Positions 24,748 through 38,220 of a stretch of DNA of 64,000 nt are shown here, piece by piece. Position 1 is the first letter of the stretch, and each line of letters begins with the position of its first letter. This DNA is from Gordius albopunctatus (lineage: Eukaryota). The notes beneath the pieces were generated by a model, which was not told the origin of the DNA, ran no database searches, and was given only the letters and a program-made list of their open reading frames with translations. The translations under genes were made by a program, and so were the position numbers. The stretch lies in assembly GCA_964276515.1 (NCBI GenBank), contig OZ193909.1:19592001-19656000 (forward strand), given 5' to 3'.

Positions 24748-25025
24748 GCGGTTTTTTAGTATTTTGAGGAAGATATTAATAAGCCCATTTAGGAGTGCCG
24801 CAATTAACTGTGAAGTTTAATCTAATTAGCGCCATCTATAGGCAATTAGCTTTAATAAGAACAAACGTTATGTCACATGCTAAAAAAGATAGAGATATAT
24901 ATAGTCAAATTAGTCTCTAATTAAAATTGTCTCTAGATGGCGCTAATTAGATTAAACTTTACAGTTAATTGCGGCACTCCTAACTGGGGTTAGAAATGTC
25001 TTCCTCAAAATACTAACAAAACCAC
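24748..25025. repeat. Foldback/MITE-like element with ~100-bp inverted arms; partial copy at 23189-23287
   Basis: 24748-24848 is the approximate reverse complement of 24926-25025 (TAGGAGTGCCGCAATTAACTGT...AGCGCCATCTA). Confidence 0.75.
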
Positions 25026-27859
25026 AATATATTAATTAATTTTAAATATAACATCATAACGTTAAAACAATTACTTTTTCTATATTCTTTCAAATTACAA
25101 TGAATAGATTACATATTGTCGAATTGGATAAACATCACTATCACTAACAACACAACACTTTATTATATTACATATCTCTCCCTGAGAATTGGATTGCTCT
25201 ATCTGCAATTTTTTAAAATTTCAAAGTAAAAGTGCCATTCGGTAGATTTCTATTTATCCTAAACTTTTTAAAAAATGTGGAAAAAAATTTTTCTGGCTTC
25301 GCTTTCAAGGTTCTTATTTCGCATAAATCGCGAATTTTGATATTTTTAGAATTGGTTTGCTCTATCTGCAAGCGCTAATTTAATCACGTGAATAAATCGT
25401 CTGCTTTTAAATTTTGATTCGAATAATATCTCTACAATTAATTTTCACATTGTGGTATGTCAAACATTGATAAAATAAGAACTATTTCGGATGAAGATGA
25501 GTAAAATTAATAAATATAGCCATAACTTTTACAATAGATTTAAGGGCCTAAATCAAGAAATCGATAATGATGATTACAAGATTCAACTTAGCGGCTCCCA
25601 TGCTCTCCTAGCCAACTTAACCCTTTGTAACATAATAACAAGGGGAAATTTTCCCTCTGAAATAGTTCCTCTCCAATTTGGTGGAAACCTCATTGCTTTT
25701 AAAAAACAAGATGGTTCAATCCGACCCATTGTTGTTGGATCAGTCCTCCGAAGCATGGTTTCCAAAATAATCACCTATCGAATCCGTTCGTCTTTAACGT
25801 CTTCTCTCCTCCCAAACTAACTTGGTTTTGGCGTGAAAGGAGGATGCGAGGCTGCTTCCCATATAGCTCGAACATTTCTCGAGTCTTCCTCGTCAAATGA
25901 CCTCCTGGTGAAACTCGATTTTAAAAACGCTTTTAATAGCGTAAACCGAGCCGCCTTTATTGAACCGTTCATACTACAATTTCCGGAATTCCATCAGTTT
26001 CTGTTAAATAGTTATAAGAACCCAACGTATCTACTCTTTGGTGATCAAATTATCAAATCATCCCAAGGGATCCAACAAGAAGATCCCTTGGGCCCGGCCC
26101 TCTTATGTATGGCAATCCAAACAATCATCAATAAACTATCCTCTTTAGGAACCTTCTTATGTAACCTATGGTACCTTGATGACGGATTTCTGGTCTGCCC
26201 AGCCGAAGCAGTCCGGAAAATTCCTGAGAACATCAATCGCTACGCAGACACAATATCACTCAGCCTAAACACAGCGAAATGTGAGATCTTCACCAAAGAT
26301 CTCACAATCGACAAACTCTCCCTACCATTTCCAGTCATATCAAGAGATGACTTTTACTACTTAGGCGCCCCCATTGGAGGCTTCAAAACAACTGAAACTT
26401 TCTTAGAGCATTTCTCCGACTTCATTGACTCCATAACTCACACCCTGGAGCATCTTACACCCCATCATGCTTTTTTCTCCTAGAAAAGTTTCTCTTAATA
26501 CCCAAAATTAACTATGCTTTACGCGCTTCGCCCGTCTTCCTAAGCGTTAACCTACTACACGCGATGGGAAAAAAGATCCAATTGTTAATCGAAAGGTGCC
26601 TAAACCTTAAATTTAGCCCTTTCTAATGGCTTCAAGCCACCCTTCCCTCCAAGAGTGGTGACATAGGCATCCGACCTCCCCCCCCCCATTTACTTTCACT
26701 TGCAGGTTCCATCTCATCCCGTTTATCAACGGATGAGTTAATCAAACAAATTACTCACACCCAAGACCCACACCTCGACAGCGCCCTTCAGGTATAGGAA
26801 GGCCTCAAACTCAATTCCGAAACTCACCCAACTGGAACCACCCCAAAGAAATGCGATTTACCACTGATAGCACGTTCCGTAGCTTACCTCACTTCGAACA
26901 ACCTATCTTTAGGAAATATCCACTTCAACAAAATAGAGACTTTCACGACCCGCAACGGGCCGGGCCTGTACGAGCCGATATATAACGTCACCGGCTCAGG
27001 CCGGAAGGCCCGTTAAAAATTAATTGGTAGTATGGCTTAATTAAAAAATGAGAAAGTTTAATAAATGTTTTTTTCATATCTAACTATATTACGTGCAACA
27101 AACTCAACGCCTGCCCGTTACAAAAATTTACAAACCCAGGTTCGGCCCGGGCTTGTATAAATTGAAAATGATAGGCCCACGCTAACTTTATACAAGCCCA
27201 TTTAAAAAAATACAAAAATATGTTGCTATATAGATTTATATTGTATTTTTTTACTTAAATATGTTACAAATGTTAATAATAAGCATGTAAAAACATTAGT
27301 TGATCGTTTTTCCGGTCTCAAACGAGTTTATTATTTTTTAAAAGGCGACCTGCAGTTAAAAAATCATTACTAGCACTTATAGCCGAGATACATATAGCCA
27401 TCATATATACATGCCAAATAAGATTATGGAAACTAAGATTAATATTGATGAAAATCTCGATTAAGGGTGCTCCTGAAAATCAAATAAATAATTTAACTGT
27501 ACAAATTAAGACTAGCTAAATTCCATAAATATATTCCTAAGTATTATAATAACAGCCATATAAACCATTATCGCTTAATTTGAGCAATCTATATTTTGAC
27601 TATATGGTTATATTTTTTTTAGTCATGTTGACATGGATTATCTAAGTCAACGATTATAAATTTATAGTTACTGAAGCCCTTAATTTTTATTGTTATTTTT
27701 TATTCAATATTTTATTCATTTGTATATAATATTATCGCCCAAGCGAGTTGTCCTCAAAATACTTTTACCGTTGAACTTTACTTTTATGCTATGCAATTGG
27801 ATACTTGATGGTTTTAACTACGTCACCTCTAACATTTAATAATTCGATATACAAAAAAA

Positions 27860-28051
27860 CTATGACATGCAAACGTGCAGATGTGCCTTTATTATTTCCT
27901 CCAGCGTCGCTTCACCCATTAAGATACGTGTGTAAAAGAGATGAAGATTGCACCAATGAAACCGTGCATAGCTATTGCAACGAGCGCCGTAAAGTATGTT
28001 TCTGCAAGGTTGGATATTACATTTTTCGCAAAACTCAACAGTGCCTACCGG
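27860..28051 (+). other. Orphan cysteine-rich (EB/EGF-like) exon
   Basis: CKRDEDCTNETVHSYCNERRKVCFCKVGYYIFRKTQQC followed by a perfect GTGAGT donor at 28052; no clear acceptor or neighbouring exons. Confidence 0.55.
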
Positions 28052-28124
28052 GTGAGTAATTTTATAGAATATCCTTATCCACAATTTACTGAGCATCGGG
28101 GACTCAATTAAGGGCAGTTGGAAA

Positions 28125-29366
28125 TAGAGACCTGCACGGGAACGGGCTTCTGCTTAAAAACAAAACAACGGGCCAGGCTTGGACGGGCCGATATATAACG
28201 TAACGGGCTCGGGCCTAGTTATAACTAAGGCCCGTTAAAAGCCCGTTAAAAAATTAATTAGATTTAGTATAAAAGAAGGTGTTTTTATAATGTTCTAATT
28301 TGTAATTATTTTATCTATATTAAATTAAGAAGCAAAGGTAAATTTTGTTTCCATCCTTTCAATAGCTCAACACGCATTATAAATGTTAAAGATAATTTAT
28401 ACACGTTATTCCATGGGCGGAGCCAATTTAAATTAGAGGGGGCAGTTTAAATAGGGCAAAAAAAGTTTTTTCCATAAGGAATTTTTGGATTTGGAGGGGT
28501 GCAGTTGCCCATATTTGCTTTCCCATTTATACCCTCTAGCAATATTGAGTGAATTAATTTGATATTATTAAAAATTATTTATATTAGTTGCTATGAAATT
28601 TATGGGCTTTCTTTTGGTTGTCCATCCTGTCCTGTCAAACTTGTAATTTTTAAATAATTGCCGTGGAAACTTATACGGGTTTTTAATGCCTGTGGACTTA
28701 TGCTTCTGTAAAAGATTTTTATTTAGCTGACCACTGATTGGCTTAACTTTGTTCGACCTATTATTGTTTTTGTGCCTGACTGATTACCCTTATTAATAAA
28801 CTTATTTTGGCAATTTGTCTAGGTTGTTAATTTATAACGGATGAATGCGAAACTGATTAAATAATTCCCTGCAAATCAATGCTGACCGCTGCTAACTTAT
28901 ACTTCATCTGACCCCGGCCAAATAGCAAAATTTATATACTCATTAACAAATTTAAAAACACATTCTAAAATTTATTTCCTCAAGTTATTTTATCACTGTT
29001 TTCTCATTGTATATCAATATCCTAAATATTTAAAATGGTGGCAAAGCAAAGGAGCTAAGTAGTTTTATTGAAACATTATAACCTTAAATAATGGTTTTAA
29101 ACGTTTATTTGGCTTATATATGGTTTTATGTGGCCTGAAGTGCCACTTGTGAATAATTTTCCCGTGTAGGTCGTTTCTTAAAAGATAGAAGGACTCGAGT
29201 GACCGGGAATCACCAATTTTTTCTTTTTAAATTTTTTTAACACAAACATATTGTTTTCCATATCGATAAAAAAATTAAACAAAAAAATTTTACGGGCCCG
29301 GGCCGGGCTTTTAAATTTTATTACGGTCGGGCCGACTGACCTAAATAGGCCCGTTGCAGGTCTCTA
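28125..29366. mobile_element. Non-autonomous hAT derivative; a second related left end at 26934
   Basis: Perfect TIR TAGAGACCTGCA/TGCAGGTCTCTA and CGGGC arrays; no TSD. Confidence 0.75.
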
Positions 29367-31367
29367 ATACGAATGGCTCGAGACCCAACAAGCCAAAACC
29401 TAGGGTTACACTTGTGTCCCCATTCATCTGCGACCTCTGTCGCCAACCCGTTTCAGCAAACGGCCATCATCCTCTACACTACCAATACAGCAAGGGGCGG
29501 CATCCCCGTCATGCCACAATAAATAAAATAATCGGACAATTTTCCAAGAAAACCGGCTTTTTGAATTTAATGGAACCCACTGGCCTAAGCTCCACTGACG
29601 GTAAAAGACCCGACGGTGTAACGATCATCCCGTGGGCTCGTGGCCTAAACGCCTGCTGGGACTTCACTACAGTGGATATATTTGCCAAATCTAACCCCTC
29701 TCCCGACCTCATCCCTTCTACTGAGAGAAAGAAAGCGGAAAAATACAAGTACCTCAGCAATATTATTTTTGTACCAGTAGTAGCCACGACCCTCGGTAAT
29801 TTAGGTCCCGAGGGCAGCCAATTCAACGCTATCGCAAATTCGAATGTTTGCCTCGCATATGATTTATGTAGTTGTTTATAGAAACAACATCAAAATTTAT
29901 AACCTCCATCACACACAATCCCAAAGAATTTTTCTACATCAAGCAGAAAATCAGCGTGGAAATGTGAAATCTAATACAATCTCAATCCATGGCTCGATGC
30001 CAGCTTATTAATTCAATATATTTTAGCATTAAAATACATAATTATTTGGAAATAAACTTCTATCGACTAAAAAAATCAATGAATAAGACTATGGCTAGGA
30101 AAAAAAAACTTTTAAAGGGAAAAGAGTATGAAAAAAGAAGTGTTCAGAAAGGAAATATTAAATATTGTACAAATTGCAATTTAGATGCTCTCAAAAAATA
30201 AATGATCAAGAACAGATGTAAATTCATAAAGACTTCTATGGATTGTGCCTAGGAACCCATAGCAGCACATAGGTGGTCCCTCAACTTGCCAAAAACCATC
30301 TTGGCAAATTGAGTATCCCAGGGTTAAAAAATGTAAGCAATAAAGCCTATTAATCATTCTTTTCCAGATTAAAATTGAAATGTAGTTTTTTTTAAATCAG
30401 ATTTATAATTTTTAAAATAGGCACTATATTTAGGGCCCTCTCAATGATAATAAGGAGACTGGTTGTTAATGTCCCGGGGTGAATTAGGCTAGATGGTTTC
30501 CTACGGGTTATTAGGGCACCCAGCACTTTTATATTTATAAATTGGAAATTATGGAAACTATTAACACATCTATTGCATTTTAATATTTGAAAAAGTTATT
30601 CATGCCTCAATTGCACCCACCAACAATAAAAAACATTGATCTGAATAATTTAGGCTTTTGAAAAATATATTTAAAAATTCCAATATGAAAAATATATCAT
30701 ATTTTAGCTCCCCAGTTTTGCAATTGATGATTAATTAGAATAAAATGTTCAAATATTTGTTTCTAAAAAGGTCTGGTAATAGTTTTTAAGATTTTGATAA
30801 TCAATAATATAAAACAGTGGTAAAAAAACAAAAATTCAATTAAATAATAAAAATTGATGATTTTTGATTAAAATTTGAAATCAAAATTCATTTTATAAGT
30901 TGAAAAATTTGTTGAACAATGAATTTTTTTACAGAAAGTTATAATTAATTAATGATTGTTTGATAATCTGCTATATACAAATTAAAAATCTAAATCAAAA
31001 AAAAATTAAATAATAATGAGCAAATAATCTGATGTGCTAATCAAACCATAAGATGATTGTAAATTTTGTTTATAAATAAGATTTTTTAGATTCAAATTGT
31101 AAAAGTAAAAAATATTTGTTTGAACAAGCTAAAGAAACTTGGTTAATAAATGTTTTACCTATGCAACATTAATATAAATATAATAATACATTGACTGTAT
31201 CAATTAAACATCTTATATAAGAAATGATCAAAAATAATAAGGTAGAACTTAAACATTTAAGGTTATTTTGTGAGTCAGCATACTTACAAAAATGTCTTCC
31301 GACTTTTTTATTATAACAAAGAAATAAAATAATATACATATATACAAAGCTAAATTTTAGCGCAGTA

Positions 31368-31927
31368 TTAGAAAGCCAATTTTTTCATTAATAAATAAAC
31401 ATGATCATCTAGTTCAAAACCATGTAAATTATTAGCATCTCCTTGTAATCTCATAAGAAGTCCTCCAAAAGATATATAAGCAGCAAGCCTTGATGCTGAT
31501 TCATTAGAAGTTTCATCCCCTTCTATTCTATATATTTTTCCATACATAACATATTCAAATGAGTCAGCTCTACTAGAAATGTGAATTGACTCTGGACCTC
31601 CATCACCTACAATAAAAAACAATAAGCTTACAAATTTAAGATAATATTGTGATAACAATTTTCTAAACTTAAACTATATATTTTACCTATATTTAGGGGA
31701 TCATATTCACCATCATCTAGCAATCCATCCTCTCTAAGTGTTGTAGCAATGACTAGCCTAAATTTATCAGCCAAATCGACAGGATAAATCTGTGTGTTGA
31801 CGTCCAAAATAAGATCCATTTTAAATGATTCGCTTTCACAGAATAATCTTGAAACTCGATCAAATTTTTTCCCTTCAGGATCAATATCTTTAACATCAAA
31901 TATATCTTCAAATAAGACACCAGCCAT
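31368..31927 (-). CDS. POLR2H: RNA polymerase I/II/III common subunit RPABC3/RPB8 (2 exons: 31927-31687, 31606-31368)
   Basis: [28 protein letters not shown]...[20 protein letters not shown]...YLLMKKLAF; 80-nt GT-AG intron keeps frame. Confidence 0.97.
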
Positions 31928-32294
31928 TTACGATAAGAAGACTACTTACATAAAAACATATGATTAAAAAATTGTTTAGTCTCGGTTAGGCATATGACTT
32001 CTCTATTGCTCTATAAGCTAAAAAAAATTGACTATCTGATCACGAATTTAACGAAAATCCTAATATTAGTCCTCTTTATATAATTTTATTTGGAGTTTTT
32101 CAAAAATTTCATACATCTATATTTCCACTGACGGTAAAAGACCCGACGGTGTAACGATCATCCCGTAGGCTCGTGACCTAAAAGCCTGCTGGGACTTCAC
32201 TACAGTAAATATAATTGCCAAATCTAACGCCTCTCCCGACCTCATCTCTTCTACTGAGAGAAAGAAAGAGGAAAAATACAAATATCTTAGCAAT

Positions 32295-35200
32295 CATAGA
32301 CTAATAATACCATAGACTGCCGAACAGCTGTTTTTTACATTAATATAAAAAAGTAACCTAGGAAGTCGCCCAAGTGGAAATTCTTGAAATTAAGGTAAAA
32401 TTAAAATTGATAAATTTAAAACAAATTTTTTAGGAATATGAGGTCTTGCTCAGTAAAGAACTGCATATCTTACCTTAACAAAGAAAATAGCAAAAGTCTG
32501 TCATTTCATAAGTAATTATAAATAAATTTATGTATATTTTTAGATTTCCAAAAGATCCAGAGATTTTGTCCAAATGGATTAAATTTATGGGCCCTAAATT
32601 TAAATTGAAACAACATTCAAGTATATTCAGTAAGCACTTTCAACCCCAGGATTTTATTAAAAATAGAAGTAAAAATTATCTCAAAAAAAATAGTGTGCCA
32701 TCGGTGCCATCTCTGTATTTGTTAGAAGTAATTATTAAATCTTAATACAATTTAACTAGAACAGTCTCTTGATCGTGGAAATACTGAGCTATGCCAGACT
32801 TTATTGAATCAGTCTCTAGATCAAGGAAATACCGAGCCATCCCAAAATTTATTCAAGGTAAATATTAAATCAGAATTAAATTCAACTAGATCAGTCATCA
32901 GGATTAACAGATGTAACAAATGTTCCCCCAAAGCAAGTAAATAATTAGATACATCATCATATTTTTTTCCTGTTATTTTATAAACTGTATATTATCGTTA
33001 TAATATATAAACATATAATAAAATCATAAATTTAGATCTTAAATATCTTCCCCAAGATAATGAGCAAAACATTAAATACAAGTAATTTTAATTTGTAAAT
33101 TTTCATTAAAATTTATTTTAGTAATGCAAGATCATTCATATGCAATGAGTTTTAAGAAAGAAAGGAGAAGGGACATGCTTATAAAGTATTTAAAAAGAAC
33201 TGTGAAAACTCTAAAAAATAAGAATTATCGTCAATTAAAGAAACTCAAGACTCTTAAAGATTTGGCTGCTCATCTTGAGAGCAAAGCATTAATTCCAGGA
33301 GAAGGGGGTGATATTATTACCAATTATTTTGGTGATACTCCTCTGACTTCAATACTAAATACACACTTGAAATCTGGTGGTGTTTATAATCCCTTAAACA
33401 AAGCTTATTCTGAAGAAATGAAAAGATTCGCAATAACCCTTCATTACTACTCACCTCAAGCCTACAAGTATATTCGGAGTGTCATTTGTATGCCAACGGA
33501 GAGCTCTATTAGAAAATGGTGTGTAAATGACAACATAAAGCCAGGTACATATACATTTTAAATATCTTTTATGTGTAGAATGCTTATAATATATGTTAAC
33601 AATTTTTTTCAAAATCTATATATTTTATTTTCAGGGTTTTTAAAAGAAGCTTTTAATATATTAAAAGATTTACAAGCCAATGTAACATATCAACTATATA
33701 TTTCCCTGACATTAGATGAAATGGCCATCAGACGCCATCTAGATTATAAAAAAGGCTTTGAAGGGTATCAAGGAGTTAAATTTTTTTTTAAATATGTTTT
33801 AGGTGTGTGGACGTAGGCCAGGGGATACCATCAAATTTGCTCCCAGAAGCCAAAAGTGCTTTATTTATAATGGCAGTTGCCATTAATGGCCACTGGAAGA
33901 TACCCCTTGGGTATTTCCTTGTGGGTAGTGTCACTGCCCAGTTACAAGTAACCCTGATAAAAGATACACTAGAGCTGTTAAAAGATTGTGGGGTCATTTG
34001 CAAAAATCTGACCTGTGACGGACTATCAGCCAACAAAAGGATGGCAGAAAATTTGGGGGTATGCAATTTATTTACACAAGCTCTTAGTACATGTATTGAT
34101 TAATATTTTTATTTCCTGCCTGTTTGTTAAATTTAAGTTGATTGAAATATCAAATTAAATTTCACTACTACATTTAATTTTTTATTCATTGCTTACCATT
34201 TTTTAAAATACAATATCTGATTTTTTGTAAAACTAAATTTATCAACAGGTATCCATTGATGTTGAATCTCTGCGTCCTTATTTCATAAACCCCACCTGTA
34301 CCACTGAAAAAATATATTTTATGTTTGATGCATGCCATATGCTCAAACTAGTCAGAAATTTATTTGAGCAAGTCGACTATCTTGTAAATTATGAGGGAAA
34401 GGTTTATTCATATTTATTTAAATTATATATATGTTTGATAGAGAATTGAATGGAAATTTGTTGTAAGGTTGTATCAATTACAACAACAACAACAACAAGG
34501 GATGAGAGCAGCTAACAAGCTTACCAAACAGCATGTCTATTTTCATAATCAAAGGATGAAGGTTGGTTTTTATATCATTTAAATAAACTTATTGAAGGTA
34601 AAACTTGCAGCACAGCTCTTTTCAGAATCTGTCGCGAATGCTATGGAATTTGCCAGGGATATAGATCCTGTCTCATTCCAGGATTGCCAGGCAACTATTG
34701 AGTTTGTCCTTATAATGAATCAGTATGATTATTAATTTGTTACTAATTTATCTTTAAGACTATTTGATACCCTTAATTCACGGAATGCTCTGCATAAGGG
34801 CAATAAAAAGCCTTTATACAAGGAATCCTTAGCTAACTTAAATGAGTTTTATTTTAATTGTGCAAAATATTTGCGAAGTTTGTGCCTTCCAGACGGAAGA
34901 CCTGTTATACAATCAAATAAAAAAATAGGAATTTTAGGGATGTTAATAGATATGCAAGCAATTCAATTGCTTGCATCTGATCTTTTGGTCAAGACCGAAC
35001 CTCCTCTAAAGTAATTATATTTATTCTAACCATTTATAAAAACTTAGGTATCTATTGACTTATAAACTTTCCCAAGACCACCTAGAAAGTTTTTTTGGGT
35101 TAATCAGGGCCCGAGGTTATAACAATAACAATCCTTCGGCTACACAATTGCGTCAAGCATTAAACAAAATTTTTTTAACTAAAATATATTACCCCTTCTC

Positions 35201-36258
35201 CGGAAACTCTTCTCCGCAGGATGCAACATCTATTGCTGATGCAAGTTTTATCGAGCCTAATGAGGATTTGAATGAACTAGAAGATATAAATTACGCCGAA
35301 ATAAATATCAATTTAATTTCACCTTATATTTCATGTATTTCTTCTTATATCGGTGGATACATTGTGAGGCAAATGATTTTGCGCAAAAAAGTAACTTGTA
35401 AAATTTGTATTAAATCATTAATTAATTGTCAACCCCATTTATCTTTAGATTATCTATTAATTAATTTAAAAAACAAAGGTGGACTAATTGTCCCGTCCAC
35501 TGATGTTATTAAGATTTGCAAATATACCCAATTAATATTTCAAGTTTTAAAAAATAAAAATAAACTTTTTTCTAAAAGCATTTTATTTATAATAGAAATT
35601 AAGGTTTTTCATTCATTAATTGGATCTAACATTTTTTCATCTTTAAATAATCATATTGTTGATCAGGAAGTAGGCTCTCTAAATCATTTACAATTATTAG
35701 TTAAATTAATAGTTAATACATATAGCAAAATTTTATTTCATAATTTTTGCAATATTTCTAACCAAGAATTTAAAAGTAACATTAGGCAAAAATTAAATAA
35801 AACTATTATTTTTACGGGACAGTAATTTTTTTTATTCACAATTAGTTAATTTATTAATATATATTTACTTGTTAAATCTTGCATGATGCCCGGTATCTTT
35901 TTATGTAAAATTGTATCTTTTTTGATTAATACTTCAAATAAAATATATTATAGATGGCGCTATATTTATATTTCTCTTTATCATTCTAAATCGTAAAATA
36001 TTCGTTTTTTCTTAAAATATTTTTCAAATTCAAAAACAATGGTGTTTTCTCTTTCCTTAATTATATTTTTTCTTTACTAAATGTTTTTTTATGATTTAGT
36101 AACTTAATTTATAAATTTAAAATAAAATGTAGTAAAATAGAACAAAATACATTACGCTAAGTTCTATACGCAGTTAAAAATTTCCACAAGCATTGCGGCT
36201 TTAATAGTTACTTCTGAATTATCAGCTGTTCGGCAGTCTATGGTATTACTAGTCTATG
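32295..36258 (+). mobile_element. Full-length P-superfamily (THAP9-like) DNA transposon
   Basis: 36-bp TIR CATAGACTAATAATACCATAGACTGCCGAACAGCTG (one mismatch); 8-bp TSD TTAGCAAT (32287-32294 / 36259-36266). Confidence 0.96.
32438..35825 (+). CDS. P-element transposase, 13 coding exons
   Basis: THAP domain (CSVKNC..FHKFP..W..FSKHF..VPS), TLDEMAIR, TCDG, DACHMLKLVRN, QRMKVKLAAQLFS, SQDHLESFFG. One open frame with GT-AG introns at 32512-32543, 32728-32764, 32858-32894, 32937-33035, 33082-33121, 33545-33634, 33765-33802, 34059-34248, 34402-34441, 34562-34597, 34723-34758, 35011-35047. Confidence 0.88.
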
Positions 36259-36703
36259 TTAGCAATATTATTTTTGTACCAGTAGTAGCCACGACCCTAG
36301 CTAATTTAGGTCCCGAGGGCAGCAAATTCCTCAAACAAACAGCAATATTTATAACCTCCATCACACACGATCCCAAAGAATTTTTCTACATCAAGCAGAA
36401 AATTACCATGGAAATTGTGAAATCTAATACAATCTCGATCCATGGCTCGATGCCAGCTTATTAATTTTATATATTTAAGCATAAAACATACATAATTATT
36501 TGGAAATAAACTTCTATCGATTAAAAAAAATAATTTGTTAACAAAAGTTATAAATTATATGATATCATCGGCAACGTGAGTCAAATTTGCGATCAAGCAC
36601 CCTAAAAATAAAATTCAATCATTTGGTTTTGAAGCCCAGTAACTTAAATGTTAGTTTTGACATAAAATTGCCTTCTTTTGCTTAAAACATATTTACCAAT
36701 GAC

Positions 36704-36984
36704 CAGACGCGTATCCAGGATTTTCTCAAGGGGGAAGAAAAATTCAAAAAATTTTCGACACTTTTATTTATAATGTAACACAAGTAAATTTCGCTAACAA
36801 TATATGCGAAACTTCAAGGCGCTATATAACCAGCTTTGGAAAAATCTCCTCTCTTCATTAATCAGAGCATTTACTATCATCGCTTTTATACCTTAAAAAG
36901 GGACATGGAACTTCAAAAAAAGTTTCAAATTTTGGTCAAGGAGCCAGAAAATTCCCGCTTTCTGCCCCCTTGGCTACGCGCCTG
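36704..36984. mobile_element. hAT-type MITE
   Basis: Ends CAGACGCGTATCCA / TGGCTACGCGCCTG; 8-bp TSD CCAATGAC. Related CATGGGCGTAGCCAG..GGGGG MITEs occur at ~18000, 44938, 45260, 52680, 53520, 53822 and 55797. Confidence 0.85.
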
Positions 36985-37976
36985 CCAATGACAGTATTGT
37001 GGTGAGCTGCGTCATTTATATATGTATATTCGCGTTATTTATTCTGTAACTTCTATATTCCTTGTGCCACGCGTTGTAATATATTCTCTTAGCCCCCATA
37101 TCGTGAATATTCTTGCTGCACGTAATCTTGTTATAACCTACTGTTATAATCTATTCCAACTCTTTATTATCTACTACTAATATAAACTGTTTTAAGCTAA
37201 TAAATATATCTACTTTATTTAAAGATGTTACAGGATCAATACTTACATAATTTCCAATGATAATCGAACAAGATATAATTTACACGGTATAATTACAATT
37301 AAATGGCCAATGTTATAGGCGTATTAACTGCGAATTGGCAACGTTAACATAGGTGAAAAGTAAGTAAGTGAGCGATTGTACAAAATGGTAGTGAATAATG
37401 AATTAGTGAATTTGTGAATGAGTGGGGAAGAGAGTGTAAGTGAGTAAGTGAATGAATGTATATATTGCTTTCTGTTCTTTTATACCACGGTGCATCTCCT
37501 CAGTCATACACAACAACATGAACACCAACAACAACAATCCTCAATCATAATAGCCTCGGTTCAAGTAATCGAATAAATCAAGCGATAAATCAATCGAATT
37601 ACCACACCATCATATAAATTATTTCAATTAACATTTTACTAGAGCTGTAAAGGAACTATTTTTAAAAAAAAGGAACTAATAAGATCCTTTTTAAAATGAG
37701 GAACTGGAACTAGTTCCTCATTTTCTCAATTTATAAATAATATTTTGTTAAAATCAAATCAACATTTATTACCTAATGATTTTTATAAATTGTAATATAT
37801 AATATATTGGTTTTATGAATTAATAAAGATGTTTGTACATTTAAAAAAAAAATAGACTTTCACTCGTCTTAACCCGAGTAAACGTTAAGAAAAAACGACT
37901 GTTAGTCGGGGCGGACCTATGTATGTATGTAATGACTAAATTTGGAAAAAAACCAAAGTATATTTCTACCACTTCT

Positions 37977-38220
37977 GTGCAAAATGTAATATAGGCAAGG
38001 GTTAGGGATAGATTTAGTGATTTATTTGATAATATGTATTTATTTATAAAATAGTATTATACATTTTGATATAACTTATTTTGTTTTAATTATTATCAAT
38101 TATAGTATCCTTTTATTACTTAGTTTTTTAGTACATATTACATGCGTATGAATATGCGTGAAAACCGGTCTCAATTTCTAAAATGCTAATATTACATTTT
38201 GCACATATTACATTTTGCAC
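37977..38220. repeat. MITE-like element
   Basis: Inverted ends GTGCAAAATGTAATAT / ATATTACATTTTGCAC. Confidence 0.55.

Larger units (their letters stand above)
25583..30075 (+). mobile_element. Degenerate CRE-like element (RT 25583-26930, RLE 29367-30010) split by a 2.4-kb insertion
   Basis: KQDGSIRPIVVG, KLDFKNAFNSVNR, GIQQEDPLGP, WYLDDG; KRPDGVTIIPWARG..WDFT; AATAAA and poly(A) at 30069-30075. Confidence 0.85.
32124..36530 (+). mobile_element. Short 5'-truncated CRE-like copy interrupted by a P element
   Basis: 32124-32294 plus 36267-36530 is highly similar to 29591-30075; AATAAA and A8 tail. Confidence 0.88.

Noticed and set aside
32728..32894. Apparent non-canonical splicing or frameshifts in two small P-transposase exons
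   Set aside because: Using the CAG 5 nt downstream of the first TAG restores the frame with canonical GT-AG introns.
36998..37607. Possible solo LTR (TG...CA with AATAAA)
   Set aside because: No matching TSD, PBS or second LTR found.
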